A stretch of DNA of 64,000 nt, taken from assembly GCA_019636195.1 (NCBI GenBank), contig JAHBYA010000002.1, forward strand, positions 18,311-82,310. Direction: 5' to 3'. Shown here one piece after another: positions 28,328 to 38,259 of this stretch. The notes under the pieces are model-generated. The model worked only from the letters and a program-made list of their open reading frames with translations, was not told the origin of the DNA and did no database searches. Position numbers and translations under genes: made by a program. The stretch's first letter is position 1. The number at the start of each line of letters is the position of its first letter. Source of the stretch: Planctomycetota bacterium (lineage in GTDB: Bacteria; Planctomycetota; UBA8742; UBA2392).

Positions 28328-29890
28328 ATGCGCTTCGGGCTGGGCTTGATTCTTGCCGCAATTGCACTTGCGGGGTGCACAGTCGCCGGTGGCGACCGGC
28401 CGCCGACACGCACCTACGCGTGGCCTTTTTTCAACGAATCCACGAACATTGACGGCAGCATCAACACGCGCGCTGCAGGGCCGTTCTACGAAAAGCAGAC
28501 CGGCCCGGACGGTTACGTGCAACGCAGTGTGCGGCCGTTTTACAGCTACACAGAGTCGCCGGCGCGCGCTGAGAAAGACCACTTGTTCTTCTACCCGATC
28601 GGCCGCTGGCGCGAACGCACGACTGCCGGCTGGAAGGGCCGGCTTGAGCGCCAGATTCATGCGATGCCGGTGTTCTGGTGGAACGACGTAAGTTACGCGC
28701 CCGGCCACCGCGAGCTGGACTACTTCTTTTTTCCGCTGGTGTTCGGCGGCGACAGCAGCATCGAAGGCTCGCACTTTGCCGTGGCGCCGTTCGGCGGCAA
28801 CCTGAAGGGCGTTTTCGGCAACGACGAGATCCGCTTTATCATGTTCCCGCTGTACGTTGAACTGCACCGTCAGGGCCGTGTCACGTACTACATGCCTTTC
28901 CCCATCGTGAAGTGGGGCTATGGGCCGGGCTATCGCACGTACGGCGTGATGCCGCTGTTTTCACGCACCGAGGTGTGGCGTGAAGTCCCCGACGAGATCA
29001 CCGGCGGCACCAAGAAGCTGCCGGTCGCTGACCGCTGGACCGTGCTGTGGCCGCTGTTCCGCTATGACCGTGAAGCCATGGACCGCAAGTACCCGCGTGA
29101 AGCGCTGATGGTCTATCCGTTGTTCGGGTACAAGAAAAGCGCGGTCACGCTGAACCTCAGCATGTTGTTCATCTACAACTACCCGATGTTCAGCTACACG
29201 CGCGCCGACCTTACCGACACCACCATCATTGATTTGTTCTGGCCTGTCTTTCGCTACGCCAAGGGTGACGCCTTCAAGCAGTACCGCGTCTGGCCGCTTT
29301 GGGACTACAGCGAGCGCAAGTACCCTGACGGCAGCTATTCAACCGCCATCAACGCGCTATGGCCGCTGTTCTGGTACTTCGAAGACAAGTTCCCCACGTA
29401 CACCGAAACCCGCTGGCAGATCTTTCCGCTGTTCTTTGCCAACTTCAAACGCTACCTGCCCGAACCGGACGGCACCATCCGCACCAAAGACCTGATCCGC
29501 ATCTGGCCCGTTGCCAAGTACCGCAAGGATGTCGATGGCACCGTGGACTTCGAAATGTTGAGCATCTTTCCGTTCAACGACAAGAAGTTCGACAACACCT
29601 ACGGCCCGTTCTTTAAGTTCTTTTCGGTCCGCGTCGGGCCCAGCGAAACCAAGGTGCAGGCGTTGTTCCGGATTTTCAGCTACGAGGAAGACCCCCACCG
29701 CATTGACCTGTCGCTGGCGCCGCTGTTTGACTGGCATGTGGTCAAGCAGGCCAAGGATCGGTTGTACCCCTCCGGCCCCAACCCCGGCGACATCGAGGAC
29801 TTCAACCTGCTGTATGGCCTGCTGGGCTATCACCATGGGCCGGATGACCGCTACACCCGGTTGTTCTGGGGCATCAAGATCCGCAAATGA
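28328..29890 (+). CDS. Lipoprotein with ~20 tandemly spaced [hydrophobic]-x-P-[hydrophobic]-F-x-Y/W repeats
   Basis: MRFGLGLILAAIALAGC lipobox, then repeats such as AWPFF, VRPFYSY, FFFPLVFG, MFPLYVE, LWPLFRY, VYPLFGY, NYPMFSY, FWPVFRY, VWPLWDY, LWPLFWY, IFPLFF and IWPVAKY every ~20-25 aa. Its stop overlaps the mlaE start (ATGA). Confidence 0.6.
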   Translation: MRFGLGLILAAIALAGCTVAGGDRPPTRTYAWPFFNESTNIDGSINTRAAGPFYEKQTGPDGYVQRSVRPFYSYTESPARAEKDHLFFYPIGRWRERTTAGWKGRLERQIHAMPVFWWNDVSYAPGHRELDYFFFPLVFGGDSSIEGSHFAVAPFGGNLKGVFGNDEIRFIMFPLYVELHRQGRVTYYMPFPIVKWGYGPGYRTYGVMPLFSRTEVWREVPDEITGGTKKLPVADRWTVLWPLFRYDREAMDRKYPREALMVYPLFGYKKSAVTLNLSMLFIYNYPMFSYTRADLTDTTIIDLFWPVFRYAKGDAFKQYRVWPLWDYSERKYPDGSYSTAINALWPLFWYFEDKFPTYTETRWQIFPLFFANFKRYLPEPDGTIRTKDLIRIWPVAKYRKDVDGTVDFEMLSIFPFNDKKFDNTYGPFFKFFSVRVGPSETKVQALFRIFSYEEDPHRIDLSLAPLFDWHVVKQAKDRLYPSGPNPGDIEDFNLLYGLLGYHHGPDDRYTRLFWGIKIRK

Positions 29891-30672
29891 ATACCGACCA
29901 CATCGGCATCCGTTCGGTCAAGGGCGCAGGCTACACCCTGCTGCTGCTGCTTGAGTCGCTGGGCTACGTCACCCATATCTGGAAACGTCGCCGTGCGATA
30001 TTTACTCAGATGCACGTGATCGGTACCCAAAGCCTTGCCATTGCCTGCTTCTTCATGCTGCTGGTCGGCATGGTGTTTGCACTACAGACCGGCATCGAGT
30101 TCGCGCGCTTCGGGCAGACCAGCCTGATCGGCTTGGTCATTGTCAGCGCTATGGTACGCGAGCTTGGCCCGTGGATGACGGCATTTGTGCTGATCGCGCG
30201 CGTGGGCAGCAGTATGGCCGCTGAAATCGGCACCATGAAGACCGCCGAAGAAATCGACGCCCTTGAGGTCATGTCGATCAACCCCGTCAGCTTTGTGGTG
30301 ATGCCCCGCGTGATCGGCTACGCGATCATGGGCCCGATCCTCACGATTTTCGGCACGCTGGTCGGGGTCGGCGGCGGCATGCTGGTGGCATACGCCCAGC
30401 TTGGCGTACGCCCTGACGACTTTCTGCGCTTTGCGGAGCGCGGCGCAGAACCACTCGACATCTACTGGGGCCTCCTGAAGTCTCTGGTTTTCAGCCTGTG
30501 TGCCGCCGCCGTTGCGTGTAGCAACGGCATGCGCACCACCGGCGGGGCGGTCGGCGTCGGGCGTGCCAGCCGCAACACCGTCGTGATTGCGCTTACGCTA
30601 ACCGTGTTTTTGAACTACCTGCTGACCAGTTTCTATAGGATGGTCAAGCGGCTTGTGGCGGGGCTGGTTTGA
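29887..30672 (+). CDS. MlaE-family ABC transporter permease
   Basis: 261 aa, multi-TM, with the MlaE/YrbE-like core (EIDALEVMSINPVSFVVMPRVIGYAIMGPILT). Confidence 0.8.
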   Translation: MNTDHIGIRSVKGAGYTLLLLLESLGYVTHIWKRRRAIFTQMHVIGTQSLAIACFFMLLVGMVFALQTGIEFARFGQTSLIGLVIVSAMVRELGPWMTAFVLIARVGSSMAAEIGTMKTAEEIDALEVMSINPVSFVVMPRVIGYAIMGPILTIFGTLVGVGGGMLVAYAQLGVRPDDFLRFAERGAEPLDIYWGLLKSLVFSLCAAAVACSNGMRTTGGAVGVGRASRNTVVIALTLTVFLNYLLTSFYRMVKRLVAGLV

Positions 30673-30734
30673 ACAAGATGATCAGGCGGCACACATCAGC
30701 AGGCAAGGCCACCGTTCCGGCGCTCGCAGACCGC

Positions 30735-31690
30735 GGAGATTCGGCATGAGCGGCGCCATCCAGCCAGCTGAGCCTCAAGCCCTGACCCTGAACACCCCGA
30801 TGGTTGAGTTCGCGGGGGTCAGCAAGACGCTGGCAGGCCGCAAGATCCTGGACAAGCTTGAGTTCTCGGTCAAACGCGGCGAGACGTTCGTGATCATAGG
30901 GTACTCGGGCACGGGCAAGTCGGTGTCGCTGCGCAACCTGGTCGGTTTGATGCGGCCCGACGAAGGCAGTATCCGCGTCGCGGGCGAAGAAATCACGACC
31001 ATGACGCCGCGCGAACTTGAAGTGATGCGCCGCAAGTTCGGCGTGCTGTTTCAAAGCGGCGCGCTGATCGCGTGGTTGAACCTGTTCGATAACGTCGAGC
31101 TGCCGCTGCTTGAGCACACCAAGATGAGCCGCAAGAAGCGCGCCGAGATCGTGCAACAGAAACTCGAGCTGGTGAACTTGTGGCAGGATCGCGAGAAGTT
31201 TCCCGCCGAGATTTCCGGCGGCATGAAGAAACGCGCCGGTCTTGCCCGGGCGATTGCGCTGGACCCCGAAATCGTGCTGTACGACGAGCCTTGCAGCGGA
31301 CTCGATCCCGTCATCGCCCACGAGATTGACAAGCTGATCATCCGGCTGCGCGATGACATGAAAATGACCCAGATTGTCGTCACGCACGACATGGAAAGCG
31401 CCTACAGCATTGCAGACCGCATCGGCATGTTTTACCACGGTCGCATGATCCAGATCGGCACGGCCGACGAAATCCGGAACAGCAACCTGGAGGAAGTGCG
31501 ACACTTCGTGTCCGGCGGCCGGGAGGGCGCAGTCTCGGTCCGGAGCCAGGCCGCCATCGAAAAGGGCCGGTCGCCGACCTTCAGCGCCCGCGTCGAAGCC
31601 GGCAACGAACAAGCCGAAAGTGAAGCCGTAGTGCTTGAGCCAGTCTCGGAACCTGCCCCGCCAAAGCTTGAACCGGAGAACACGCCATGA
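30735..31690 (+). CDS. MlaF-like ABC transporter ATP-binding protein with C-terminal extension
   Basis: Walker A GYSGTGKS, signature ISGGMKKRAGLARA, Walker B VLYDEP and H-loop VVTHD. The start is at MSGAIQP. Confidence 0.8.
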
Positions 31691-32772
31691 AAGCACGCGA
31701 CATTATCGCAGGACTGTTGTTCTTCATCGCCGTCGGAGTAGCGCTGTTCTTTGCGATGCGTTTGGGCGGCGACGGCAGCATCCGCTTCGGCGCCGAGCAG
31801 ACGGCCAAGATCCGCTTTGCCAACGTGCAGGGCCTGCAGCAGAACTCGCCGGTCTGGATCAGCGGCGTGCCGATGGGCCGCGTGCGCGAGATGTTCGTTG
31901 ACCGCACCGGCACTGTTGAGGTCAAGATCAGCCTGGACAGCAGCGTGCGGCTGAATTCGGACTGCTACGCCGAGATCATACCGTCCAGCGCGTTCGGTGG
32001 CCGCGCCATCGCGCTGTACATCGGCGACGCCCCTACGCCGCATGACATGGACAACTACATCGAAGGCCGCGTGGTGGAAGACCTGTTCACGGCGGCGGGC
32101 CGGGGCATCGGCAAGATCAACGAGGGCATTGACCTGGCGGTGGACACCGTCAAGGACGTCAACGCGATCGTAAAGGACGTGCGCGATGGCCGCGGACCCA
32201 TCGGCACAATCCTGCGCGACGAAAAAGTGGCGGGCGACATCGCAGCAACCGTTGAAAATGTCCGCGCGACCAGCGAAGACGTCAAGGGCATCACAGCCAA
32301 CGTGCGCGACATCACCGACAAGGTCAACGCCGGCGACGGCATGGCGGCAATGCTTCTGGACGACGCCGACACCGCCCTGCGCATGAAGAACATTGTGCGC
32401 AATGTTGAGGACGCGACCGATAACACCGTGGGCGCCTCGCGCAGCATAAAGTCGATCGCGGCCAAGCTGGACAACGGCAAGGGATTGTTCGGGATGCTGC
32501 TGAACGACGAAGAAACCGGCGAGAACGTGAAAGAAGCAATCGCCGGCACGCCGCAACTGGTGCGCAACGCCTCGCGCGTGGCCAAAGAACTGGGCGACAC
32601 CATGGAAGGCGTGAACAAGGGCGAAGGCACGGTCGGCAAGCTGTTCAAGAACGACACCCTGTTCAACGACACGCTGAACGCGATCAATACCCTGCGCGCC
32701 GGCTTCGAAGACATCCGTGAACAGGCGCCGATCACCACCTTTGCCAGCCTGCTGTTCCAGGTGCTGCAATAG
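31687..32772 (+). CDS. MCE/MlaD-family protein
   Basis: N-terminal TM (IIAGLLFFIAVGVALFF), then an MCE domain (IRFANVQGLQQNSPVWISGVPMGRV) and a long helical C-terminal extension. Confidence 0.75.
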   Translation: MKARDIIAGLLFFIAVGVALFFAMRLGGDGSIRFGAEQTAKIRFANVQGLQQNSPVWISGVPMGRVREMFVDRTGTVEVKISLDSSVRLNSDCYAEIIPSSAFGGRAIALYIGDAPTPHDMDNYIEGRVVEDLFTAAGRGIGKINEGIDLAVDTVKDVNAIVKDVRDGRGPIGTILRDEKVAGDIAATVENVRATSEDVKGITANVRDITDKVNAGDGMAAMLLDDADTALRMKNIVRNVEDATDNTVGASRSIKSIAAKLDNGKGLFGMLLNDEETGENVKEAIAGTPQLVRNASRVAKELGDTMEGVNKGEGTVGKLFKNDTLFNDTLNAINTLRAGFEDIREQAPITTFASLLFQVLQ

Positions 32773-32781
32773 GCCGACGGA

Positions 32782-33708
32782 ATGTGCGCGCCGCGGCTTG
32801 CGCTTGGTGCGCTTGTCGTTTGCAATGGCCGTATGCTGGCGCAGAACTTCCACTCCTTTACGACCAACGCCATGGGCGCGACGGCCGTTGTTGCCCTGCA
32901 TGCAGCGATCCTGTGCTTCATGGTCGCCGCACTGATGGCGGTGGCTGCACTGTTTCAGCCGCGCCGGATGCGGATGCTATGGGCCGAGTGCGTTGGCGGC
33001 GCGGGCGCAGCGGCGCTGGGCACATACTTCATTGCAAGGTTTTCGGAAGCCGGCACCGAGCCATTCTCCAACCTCTTCGAAGTGATCAACCTGGCGGCGC
33101 TTTGCGTTGCCCTGACCTGTTTTGCCATAGCCCGCGTGCGCAAACTCAAGACGCTTGCGGCGTTTGCCTTTCCGGGCATCGCCGTGATCTTTGTGGTCAA
33201 CCTGCTGTTCGCCGACAGCGCCGCGCAGGGCCGTGCAAGTTCAGGCCTGCTGGTGGTTCACGTCGTGCTCACGCTGATGAGCTATGGGCTGTTCTTCATG
33301 GCCGCGATTGCCGCTGTGATGTTCCTGCTGCAGGAGCGCGCGCTCAAGAAACACCGCGACCCCGCCGTGATTCGTGACTTTCCACCGCTGGAAAGCCTGC
33401 GCCGGCTGGTCAACACCTGCATCCTGACCGGCCTGCCGCTGCTGACACTGGGCCTGGGCCTCGGCTTCGTCGCCATGTCCGACCAGGGCTGGGAGGCGAT
33501 CCTGCGCAACCCCAAGATTCCGCCCAGCGTGGTGCTGTGGGGCGTGCTGCTGCTGGCTGCGGCGGGGCGCTGGACCGGGCGGCTGCACGGCCGTCGCCAC
33601 CTGTACATGGTGCTGGCGGGCTTTGCACTGGTGCTGATGACGTTTGTGGGCCTGGGCGTGTGGTCGCGCTCGCAGGCAACCGCCCCGCAACAGCAGGAGG
33701 TGCGCTGA
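32782..33708 (+). CDS. Cytochrome c assembly protein family membrane protein (HemX/CcsA-like)
   Basis: Multi-TM protein located immediately upstream of hemA with a stop/start overlap (TGATG), the classic hemX position. The start is uncertain. Confidence 0.6.
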   Translation: MCAPRLALGALVVCNGRMLAQNFHSFTTNAMGATAVVALHAAILCFMVAALMAVAALFQPRRMRMLWAECVGGAGAAALGTYFIARFSEAGTEPFSNLFEVINLAALCVALTCFAIARVRKLKTLAAFAFPGIAVIFVVNLLFADSAAQGRASSGLLVVHVVLTLMSYGLFFMAAIAAVMFLLQERALKKHRDPAVIRDFPPLESLRRLVNTCILTGLPLLTLGLGLGFVAMSDQGWEAILRNPKIPPSVVLWGVLLLAAAGRWTGRLHGRRHLYMVLAGFALVLMTFVGLGVWSRSQATAPQQQEVR

Positions 33709-35027
33709 TGCAGCGCTACGTCGTGCTGGGCGTGAACCACAAGTTCGCACCGCTGGAGGTGCGGGAACGGCTTGCATACCCCGAACGCAAGCTGCCCGGC
33801 GCGTTGAAGCAACTGCGCGAGGGCCTGCCGTGCGACGAGGCGGTGCTGCTTTCCACGTGCAACCGCGTGGAAGTGTACGCCTTTGCCGACGCTGCCGACG
33901 CGCGCGATAGGCTGATCGCCGCGCTGGCCGCAGATCACGGCATGAAGCCTGATTACCTTGAGTCGTTGTGCTACTTCCACCGCGGCCGGGACGCTGTGGA
34001 ACATGTGCTGCGCGTATGCGGCGGGCTTGACAGTCTGGTGCTGGGTGAGACGCAGATTCTCAGCCAGGTCAAGCGCGCATACCTGCTGGCGCAAAGTGAA
34101 GGCGCTACCGGCAAGCAGTTGAATGGCCTGTTTCACAAGGCGTTCCATGTGGCCAAGCGCCTGCACAGCGAAACCGCAATCGGGCAGGGTCAAGTCAGCA
34201 TCAGCAGCGTGGCGGTGCGCTTTGTCCGGCGCATTTTTGACGACCTTGGCAGCAAGACAGCGCTTTTGATCGGCGCCGGCGAAGTCGGCGAGCTTACGCT
34301 GACTTACCTGCGTGAAGCCGGCATCGGCCGCGTAGTAGTCGTTTCGCGCAGCCTTGAGCGCGCCAAGGAGATCGCCGAGCGCTACAAGGGCGACGCCGTA
34401 CCCGTCAACCTGCTTGAAGATTACCTGCCCGCCGCCGACGTGGTGATTACCCAGACCGCCGCTGAAGACCGCATTCTCAGCAAGGCACAGTTTGCGAAGT
34501 CGCAGAGGGCTCGCGGCTATGCGCCGGTATTCGTCCTGGACCTGGCTGTCCCTCGCGACGTTGAGGAAGCAGCGGCAGAGCTTGACGGCGTGTTTCTGTA
34601 CAACGTGGACGACCTTGAACAAGTGGTGGCCGAAAACGCCGAAGAACGCAGCCGCGAGTTGGACAAGTGCGCCGCCATTGTGCGCAGCGAGGCCGATGAG
34701 TTTCTCGCCGGCTTCCAGACGTACGCCGCCGCCCCGCTGATCACCGAGTTGCGCGAAAAGGCGATTGCGGTAAAGAACGCCGAGCTTGACCGCGTGTTCG
34801 CAAAGTATCCCGAGATGCCTGAAGATCAGCGCCGCGAACTGGCGGCATTTTCAGAACGGCTGGTGAACAAACTTCTGCACCCGCAGATCCAGGGCATCAA
34901 GGACCAGGCCGCCCGGGGCGATACGGAAAGCATCCGGCGCCTCGCGCTTGCGCTCGGCATCGACAAGGCGGTTCCGCCCGCGCCGCCATCGCCACAGGAA
35001 GAAGCCGCCCGCAAGACCGGGGACTAG
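33708..35027 (+). CDS. hemA: Glutamyl-tRNA reductase
   Basis: MQRYVVLGVNHKFAPLEVRERLA..., STCNRVEVY, and an NAD-binding GAGE motif. Confidence 0.9.
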   Translation: MQRYVVLGVNHKFAPLEVRERLAYPERKLPGALKQLREGLPCDEAVLLSTCNRVEVYAFADAADARDRLIAALAADHGMKPDYLESLCYFHRGRDAVEHVLRVCGGLDSLVLGETQILSQVKRAYLLAQSEGATGKQLNGLFHKAFHVAKRLHSETAIGQGQVSISSVAVRFVRRIFDDLGSKTALLIGAGEVGELTLTYLREAGIGRVVVVSRSLERAKEIAERYKGDAVPVNLLEDYLPAADVVITQTAAEDRILSKAQFAKSQRARGYAPVFVLDLAVPRDVEEAAAELDGVFLYNVDDLEQVVAENAEERSRELDKCAAIVRSEADEFLAGFQTYAAAPLITELREKAIAVKNAELDRVFAKYPEMPEDQRRELAAFSERLVNKLLHPQIQGIKDQAARGDTESIRRLALALGIDKAVPPAPPSPQEEAARKTGD

Positions 35028-35323
35028 CGCAGCGCCAGCCGGATTGTGAACGGCAGTCCGCAGAATTCACGGATTCCGCAGAATCGGCGTGGAAGCTCCA
35101 ACGTGAGGGCGTCCGACCATTACTGGGTTCGCAGAGAACTGGCATTCAGTCCTCTGTGGGCACTTTGAACTCTGTGGTGAGCGCCCTTGTTGTTGAATGG
35201 CTGGCAGCCACGCAGGACTGCAAAGTAACAGGATAGGCAGGATTCACAGGATTGGGCCCCGCATCCGATTCATCATGTCCATCCTGTTAGGACTCCCCTG
35301 ACAGGGTTCATCATGCGGGCGGG

Positions 35324-36091
35324 CTAGTCGCCGCCCAGTTTCCAGCCCTTGGGAATCTTGACCTTCACGTCAAAGTGCCGCTTCAGGACCGCTACGGCCG
35401 TCTCAAGCACTGTGACGCGCGCGTGCCACTTGTGCTGGCTTGAGACCGCGTGCCAAGGCGCGTAGTCGGTAGATGTGCGCTTGAACATTTCGTCCACGGC
35501 GGCTTCGTACATGTCCCATTTCTCGCGGTTGCGCCAGTCTTCGGGGCCGATCTTCCATGCCTTGAAAGGGTCCTGCTCGCGGGCCTTGAAACGCTTGAGC
35601 TGCTCGTCCTTGGAAATGTGCAGGTAGTACTTGATCACCGGCACGCCGTCATCGTGCAGCATGCGCTCAAAGGCATTGATCTCGTCGTAGGCACGCTTCC
35701 AGGCTTCCTTGGCAGCGAACTTCTCCACGCGCTCGACCAGCACGCGCCCGTACCAGCTTCGGTCAAAAATGCCCATGCAGCCGGGCTCGGGGATGCGGTC
35801 CCAGAAGCGTTGCAGGTAGTGCCGCCCCTTTTCGCGGGCGCCGGGCGCGCCAATCGGGTGCACCACGTAGCCTCGTGGGTCAAGCCGCTCAATCAGCCGC
35901 CGAATGGACCCGCCCTTGCCTGCCGCATCGCAGCCCTCGAACACGAAAATGGCTTCGCGGTTGTTCTCGTGCATCCAGCGCTGGATGAACAGCATCTGCA
36001 TCTGCGCCAGTTCCTGGCGGCTGTGGTATTCATCCTTGTCCTTGATGCGCGCGGACAGGTCTATCGACTCAACGGTCAAGGCCATGTTCAC
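35324..36091 (-). CDS. ppk2: Polyphosphate kinase 2 family (polyphosphate:nucleotide phosphotransferase)
   Basis: FEGCDAAGKGGSIRRL (Walker A) and FDRSWYGRVLVERVE (PPK2 lid motif). Confidence 0.85.
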   Translation of the reverse strand: MNMALTVESIDLSARIKDKDEYHSRQELAQMQMLFIQRWMHENNREAIFVFEGCDAAGKGGSIRRLIERLDPRGYVVHPIGAPGAREKGRHYLQRFWDRIPEPGCMGIFDRSWYGRVLVERVEKFAAKEAWKRAYDEINAFERMLHDDGVPVIKYYLHISKDEQLKRFKAREQDPFKAWKIGPEDWRNREKWDMYEAAVDEMFKRTSTDYAPWHAVSSQHKWHARVTVLETAVAVLKRHFDVKVKIPKGWKLGGD

Positions 36092-36217
36092 CCCCGGGGC
36101 ACATTACGCCGCACCCAGCCGTACGCGCCAGTGAGAAGCAACAGAACCGACACGACTACCTATAGCCGCAGCGGGCCCGGACTGGCGCACGGGGCTGAAC
36201 GCGAGTAAGACTCAAGC

Positions 36218-36973
36218 ATGAGCAAGGCCAGTTCACGGCTTGAGTTCCTAGGCCAGCTTGCTGGCGGGTTGGCGCACGAGATCAAGAACCCGCTGTCCAC
36301 AATCAAGCTGACCCTGCAGTTGCTTGACGAAGACATGCAGAAAGAGGACTCCCCCACCGCCCAGCGGGCGCGCCGTAAGATTGAAGTGCTGCTGCGCGAA
36401 GTGAAACACCTTGATGACATCGTGCAGGAGTTTCTGCACTTTGCACGCGGCCACGACCTGAAGCTGGCCCGCACTGACCTGTACCGCCTGATTGTCGAGC
36501 TGTTCGAGTTCCTCGGCGACGAGGCGCGGCGCCGCAACATCCGCATCCACTTTGACGCAGACGGCAAGCTGGACGACCTGGTGCTGGATCCCACGCTGAT
36601 CCGGCAGGCCCTGATGAACCTGCTGAAGAACGCCTTTGACGCGCTGGACGAAAAGGGCGGCGGTGAGGTCGTGGTGCGCGCGCGAGTCAAGGGCGACCTG
36701 CTTGGCCTGGAGGTGCTTGACACGGGCTGCGGCATTGCCGAAAGCAACATGGATCGTATGTTTCGCCCGTACTTCACGACCAAGAAGAACGGCACGGGCA
36801 TGGGCCTGGCCATGGTGCGGCGGATCGTGGAGGAGCACGGCGGGCAGATCACGTTTGAGTCCGAGGCCGGCAAGGGCACGCGCTTCATTATCCTGCTGCC
36901 CGCGGACCCGGAAAAACGCGGCAGCCTGAAGTCGATGGTCGCTGTCGATGAAGCACCCGGGGAGCAGCCATGA
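36218..36973 (+). CDS. Sensor histidine kinase (cytoplasmic, HisKA + HATPase_c only)
   Basis: H-box LAHEIKNPLSTI, plus N, G1 (LDTGCGI) and G2 (GTGMGLAMV) boxes. There are no TM or sensor domains. Its stop overlaps the purD start (ATGA). Confidence 0.75.
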   Translation: MSKASSRLEFLGQLAGGLAHEIKNPLSTIKLTLQLLDEDMQKEDSPTAQRARRKIEVLLREVKHLDDIVQEFLHFARGHDLKLARTDLYRLIVELFEFLGDEARRRNIRIHFDADGKLDDLVLDPTLIRQALMNLLKNAFDALDEKGGGEVVVRARVKGDLLGLEVLDTGCGIAESNMDRMFRPYFTTKKNGTGMGLAMVRRIVEEHGGQITFESEAGKGTRFIILLPADPEKRGSLKSMVAVDEAPGEQP

Positions 36974-38235
36974 AGGTCCTTGTCATCGGCAGCGGCGCCC
37001 GCGAACACGCCCTGTGCTGGAAGCTCAAACAATCGCCCAAAGTCACACGCATCTATGCTGCCCCCGGCAGCGACGGCATTGGCCAGATTGCCGAGTGCGT
37101 GCCGATCAAAGTCAACGAGCTCAACGCCCTGGCCGCATTTGCCCGCGAGCAGAGAATCGACCTGACCGTCGTCGGCCCCGAAGACCCGCTGGTCGAAGGC
37201 ATCGTTGACCTTTTTCAGAAAAAGCAGCTGCGCATTTACGGCCCCACCCGCAAAGCCGCACGGCTTGAAGGCAGCAAGGATTTCGCCAAAGACATCATGT
37301 CTCGCCACGGCATCCAGACCGCCGGGCACAAGACCTACGACCAGCCGGCGCCGGCGCTTGAGTACCTGCGCAACTGCGACTACCCGGTGGTGCTGAAGGC
37401 CGATGGCCTGGCGGCGGGAAAGGGTGTCACGATCGCCCGCACGTTTGAAGAGGCCGAGGCCGCAATCAACGAAAGCATGGTCGCCAAGCGCTTTGGCGTG
37501 GCGGGCCGCCGCGTGCTGATTGAGGACTTTCTGGTCGGCGAAGAAGTCAGCGTGCACGCGATCAGCGATGGCCATAACATTCTGCCGCTGTGCCTGGCGC
37601 AGGACCACAAAGCCGCGCTCGATGGCGACGAGGGCGAAAACACCGGCGGCATGGGGACATACAGCCCGCTGCCTCAGGTCAGCAGCGAGGTCATGCGCCA
37701 GCTTGAGCGCGACGTGATTGTGCAGACGATTCATGCCATGAACGTTGAGGGCGAGCCTTTCAAGGGCACGCTGTTCGCGGGCTGCATGATGACCAAGCAG
37801 GGCCCCAAGGTGCTTGAGTACAACGTGCGCTTCGGCGACCCCGAAACGCAGAGCATTCTGCTGCGCATGCAAGCCGACCTGTTTGAAGTACTGAGCGCGA
37901 CCATTGACGGCCGGCTTGACCAAGTGGAAGTGAACTGGGATCCGCGCAGCGCGGTCACGGTGGTGCTGGCCAGCGGCGGCTACCCGCGCGAGTTTGAGAA
38001 AGGCTACAAGATCAAGGGCCTGGACAGCGACTTCGGCCCGGACGTGCAGGTGTTTCACGCGGGCACAAAAAAGGTGGATGGCCAATGGTTTACCAACGGC
38101 GGCCGGGTGCTGAGCGTGTGCGCGCTGGGCGCAGACCTGCCGGACGCCCGCCGCAAGGCATACGCGGCGGTTGAGAGGATCCACTTCGACAAGATGCAGT
38201 TCAGGAAAGACATCGGCCACCGCGGTTTGAAGTAG
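36970..38235 (+). CDS. purD: Phosphoribosylamine--glycine ligase
   Basis: MKVLVIGSGAREHALCWKL with an ATP-grasp domain, 421 aa. Confidence 0.9.
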   Translation: MKVLVIGSGAREHALCWKLKQSPKVTRIYAAPGSDGIGQIAECVPIKVNELNALAAFAREQRIDLTVVGPEDPLVEGIVDLFQKKQLRIYGPTRKAARLEGSKDFAKDIMSRHGIQTAGHKTYDQPAPALEYLRNCDYPVVLKADGLAAGKGVTIARTFEEAEAAINESMVAKRFGVAGRRVLIEDFLVGEEVSVHAISDGHNILPLCLAQDHKAALDGDEGENTGGMGTYSPLPQVSSEVMRQLERDVIVQTIHAMNVEGEPFKGTLFAGCMMTKQGPKVLEYNVRFGDPETQSILLRMQADLFEVLSATIDGRLDQVEVNWDPRSAVTVVLASGGYPREFEKGYKIKGLDSDFGPDVQVFHAGTKKVDGQWFTNGGRVLSVCALGADLPDARRKAYAAVERIHFDKMQFRKDIGHRGLK

Positions 38236-38259
38236 ATTGCGACAGTAGAGAGAGCTTTG

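Noticed and set aside
27214-28413. 399-aa minus-strand ORF opposite dus
   Set aside because: Antisense shadow of the Dus gene.
30644-32901. 350-aa and 489-aa minus-strand ORFs opposite mlaF/mlaD
   Set aside because: Antisense shadows. Walker motifs and the MCE domain are on the plus strand.
33282-34622. 446-aa minus-strand ORF opposite hemX/hemA
   Set aside because: Antisense shadow.
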